DNA of 9,087 nucleotides from Octopus sinensis (Eukaryota): NCBI RefSeq assembly GCF_006345805.1, contig NW_021828266.1, positions 1 to 9,087 of the forward strand, read 5' to 3'. Shown piece by piece: positions 7,696 to 9,087 of this stretch (position 1 is its first letter; each line of letters starts with the position of its first letter). The notes under the pieces were generated by a model. It saw only the letters and a program-made list of their open reading frames with translations, ran no database searches and was not told where the DNA came from. The position numbers and the translations under genes were made by a program.

Positions 7696-7937
7696 ATACA
7701 AAATTAAGAGGAATGACCACTAAAGTGGACACCCTATATGCTAAACATAGACGTCAAATCGCCATTACCACGAAGAATGTGTTCTCAAGAAAAAAATCTC
7801 CGCAAAACGCCAAAATGTAAAAATGTACATTTTTACATTTTTTCTTGAGAACACATTCTTCGTGGAAATGGCGATTGGACGTCTATGTTTAGCATACAGG
7901 ATGTTCACTTTAGTGGTCATTCCTCTTAATTTTGTAT
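7696..7937. repeat. Long near-perfect inverted repeat (palindrome); possible foldback/MITE-type element
   Basis: Arms 7696-7789 and 7844-7937 are 94 bp with 5 mismatches. A perfect 30-bp spacerless palindrome aaaatgtaaaaatgt|acatttttacatttt lies at 7812-7841. Confidence 0.95.
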
Positions 7938-8012
7938 ATATGTATATATATATATATAGTATGCAAATAAATTCCAACTACGAGGACAATGAATCGCCAA
8001 CTAAATAACTAC

Positions 8013-8043
8013 AATAATAATGATGATGATGATGATGATGATG

Positions 8044-8085
<42 letters not shown>

Positions 8086-8097
8086 TAATAATAATGA
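8013..8097. repeat. Compound (GAT)n(AAT)n microsatellite
   Basis: Direct reading; 13 perfect AAT units at 8046-8084. Confidence 0.97.
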
Positions 8098-8130
8098 TAT
8101 TCCTTAAACATTGTTTCACATCTTTTTCAG

Positions 8131-8316
8131 GTGTGTTGGGGCAAATGTACCTCTTTACCACAGGTATGCGGTGTGTGGAGGAAAGTACCTGTCCTGTATC
8201 AGCAGTACCTGTGGGACAAACGTGTGTCGATCGTCTTGACGACAGCGCCTCATCCAGACGGCGAAGTCAAAGGCCGAGTTATAACAACCAATGATAAACA
8301 TAAAGGTGAACAATAG
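8131..8316 (+). CDS. Candidate terminal coding exon 4; reading frame unresolved (phase 0 gives VCWGKCTSLPQVCG...KHKGEQ*)
   Basis: Acceptor ttgtttcacatctttttcAG at 8130. GC-rich non-repetitive island followed by AT-rich UTR-like sequence. Phase 0 matches the end of exon 3. An internal donor cag|GTATGC at 8164 is also possible. Confidence 0.55.
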   Translation: MCWGKCTSLPQVCGVWRKVPVLYQQYLWDKRVSIVLTTAPHPDGEVKGRVITTNDKHKGEQ

Positions 8317-8567
8317 CTTCTTATATGTTGTGCTTTTGCCTGAATTTGTTGTCTAAAGTTTTCTATTGCTTAAATTGATTCTTCGTCTTTTTATGCTTTA
8401 TTTCACACAATATATCTGTAATTGCTGCTGCTGTTTTTGTTGCTTTTATCTGGAGTTTCTTACACTTTCGGCTACTGTGGGCAAGTGGTGGTTTTTACTG
8501 TATGAATGCTTGAAGAATTAAGTATAAAAAAACTAAAAAAACAAAGCTAAGAATAGCAATAAATAAC

Positions 8568-8573
8568 TCATAA
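8568..8573 (+). promoter_or_regulatory. Possible polyadenylation signal AATAAA
   Basis: About 250 nt after the exon 4 stop codon. The hexamer is common in AT-rich DNA, so support is weak. Confidence 0.25.
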
Positions 8574-8589
8574 AAGAAAGGATGGGAAG

Positions 8590-8776
8590 TATTGCTACAT
8601 ACATACAAAGAGCATAGAGACATATATACGTATACATATATATATCACCTTTGCACATGTATTCATATATATATATGTGTGTATATATAATATTTACGTA
8701 CTCATGTACACAAACATGTACATGTGTATATGTGAATACTAATATGTGTTTGTATGTATGTATGTATGTATGTATG

Positions 8777-8805
<29 letters not shown>
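8590..8805. repeat. Degenerate CATA/TA/TG tract ending in perfect (TATG)n (~8751-8805)
   Basis: Direct reading. Confidence 0.92.
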
Positions 8806-8808
<3 letters not shown>

Positions 8809-9084
8809 GCTGGACTCAAGAGTCATCTTCGTAGTCATAAAACGAGACAGATGAGTGACATCCTGGCCACTGGTGGTGGTGTAACACACCATACTAATCA
8901 TATTTGTCGGGCATGTGGAAGAGAGTGTAATTCGGCAGGAGGACTTAAACGACATGCAAAGGTACATGAACCCCAGTTATAACTACAGCCGGCTATTACC
9001 AGTAAAGGTCTTAGTTGCCAATTTTGTACAAGACATTGTAGATCTTTACCTGGGCTAAAAAGTCACGTTCGATCACAGCACTAG
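8803..9084 (+). mobile_element. 5'-truncated 3' end of a non-LTR retrotransposon ORF (RTE-like) with three C2H2 zinc fingers; pseudogenised
   Basis: One frame: CKAGLKSHLRSH...CRACGRECNSAGGLKRHAKVHEPQL*LQPAITSKGLSCQFCTRHCRSLPGLKSHVRSQH*. The Cx2Cx3CxSx2GLx2H pattern is typical of RTE-clade ORF C-termini. No TGEKP linkers. Internal TAA at 8980-8982. Confidence 0.75.
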
Positions 9085-9087
9085 TAA

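Noticed and set aside
7765-8008. Mirror-image ORFs on both strands
   Set aside because: A direct consequence of the palindrome, with no coding evidence.
8803-9084. Member of the expanded host C2H2 zinc-finger gene family
   Set aside because: No TGEKP linkers, LINE-type Cx3CxSx2GL signature, internal stop and no splice acceptor. A retrotransposon remnant is more likely.

Overview
AT-rich eukaryotic DNA, most likely octopus (inferred from recognising the tRNA-derived SINE families, not from a database search). There are no prokaryotic genes and no CRISPR array. About half the window is microsatellite or SINE. It holds four copies of a SINE 'family A' (one short copy ending in a microsatellite) plus a family A core carrying a foreign tail, two copies of a SINE 'family B' plus a B/A chimera, and one V-SINE-like element. 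It also holds a possible degenerate MITE, a ~240-bp near-perfect palindrome (7696-7937) and the 5'-truncated 3' end of an RTE-like LINE ORF with three C2H2 zinc fingers (8803-9084). Four + strand candidate exons with canonical AG/GT sites (62-99, 2242-2359, 3184-3271, 8131 onward) suggest the window is mostly intron of an unidentified gene. Exons 2-4 join in one open frame, but exon 1 is out of phase with exon 2. The most notable observations are the palindrome, modular head/body/tail swapping among the SINEs, a conserved SINE stem-loop, and a last exon open in all three frames. Most ORFs in the supplied track are microsatellite or SINE artefacts.
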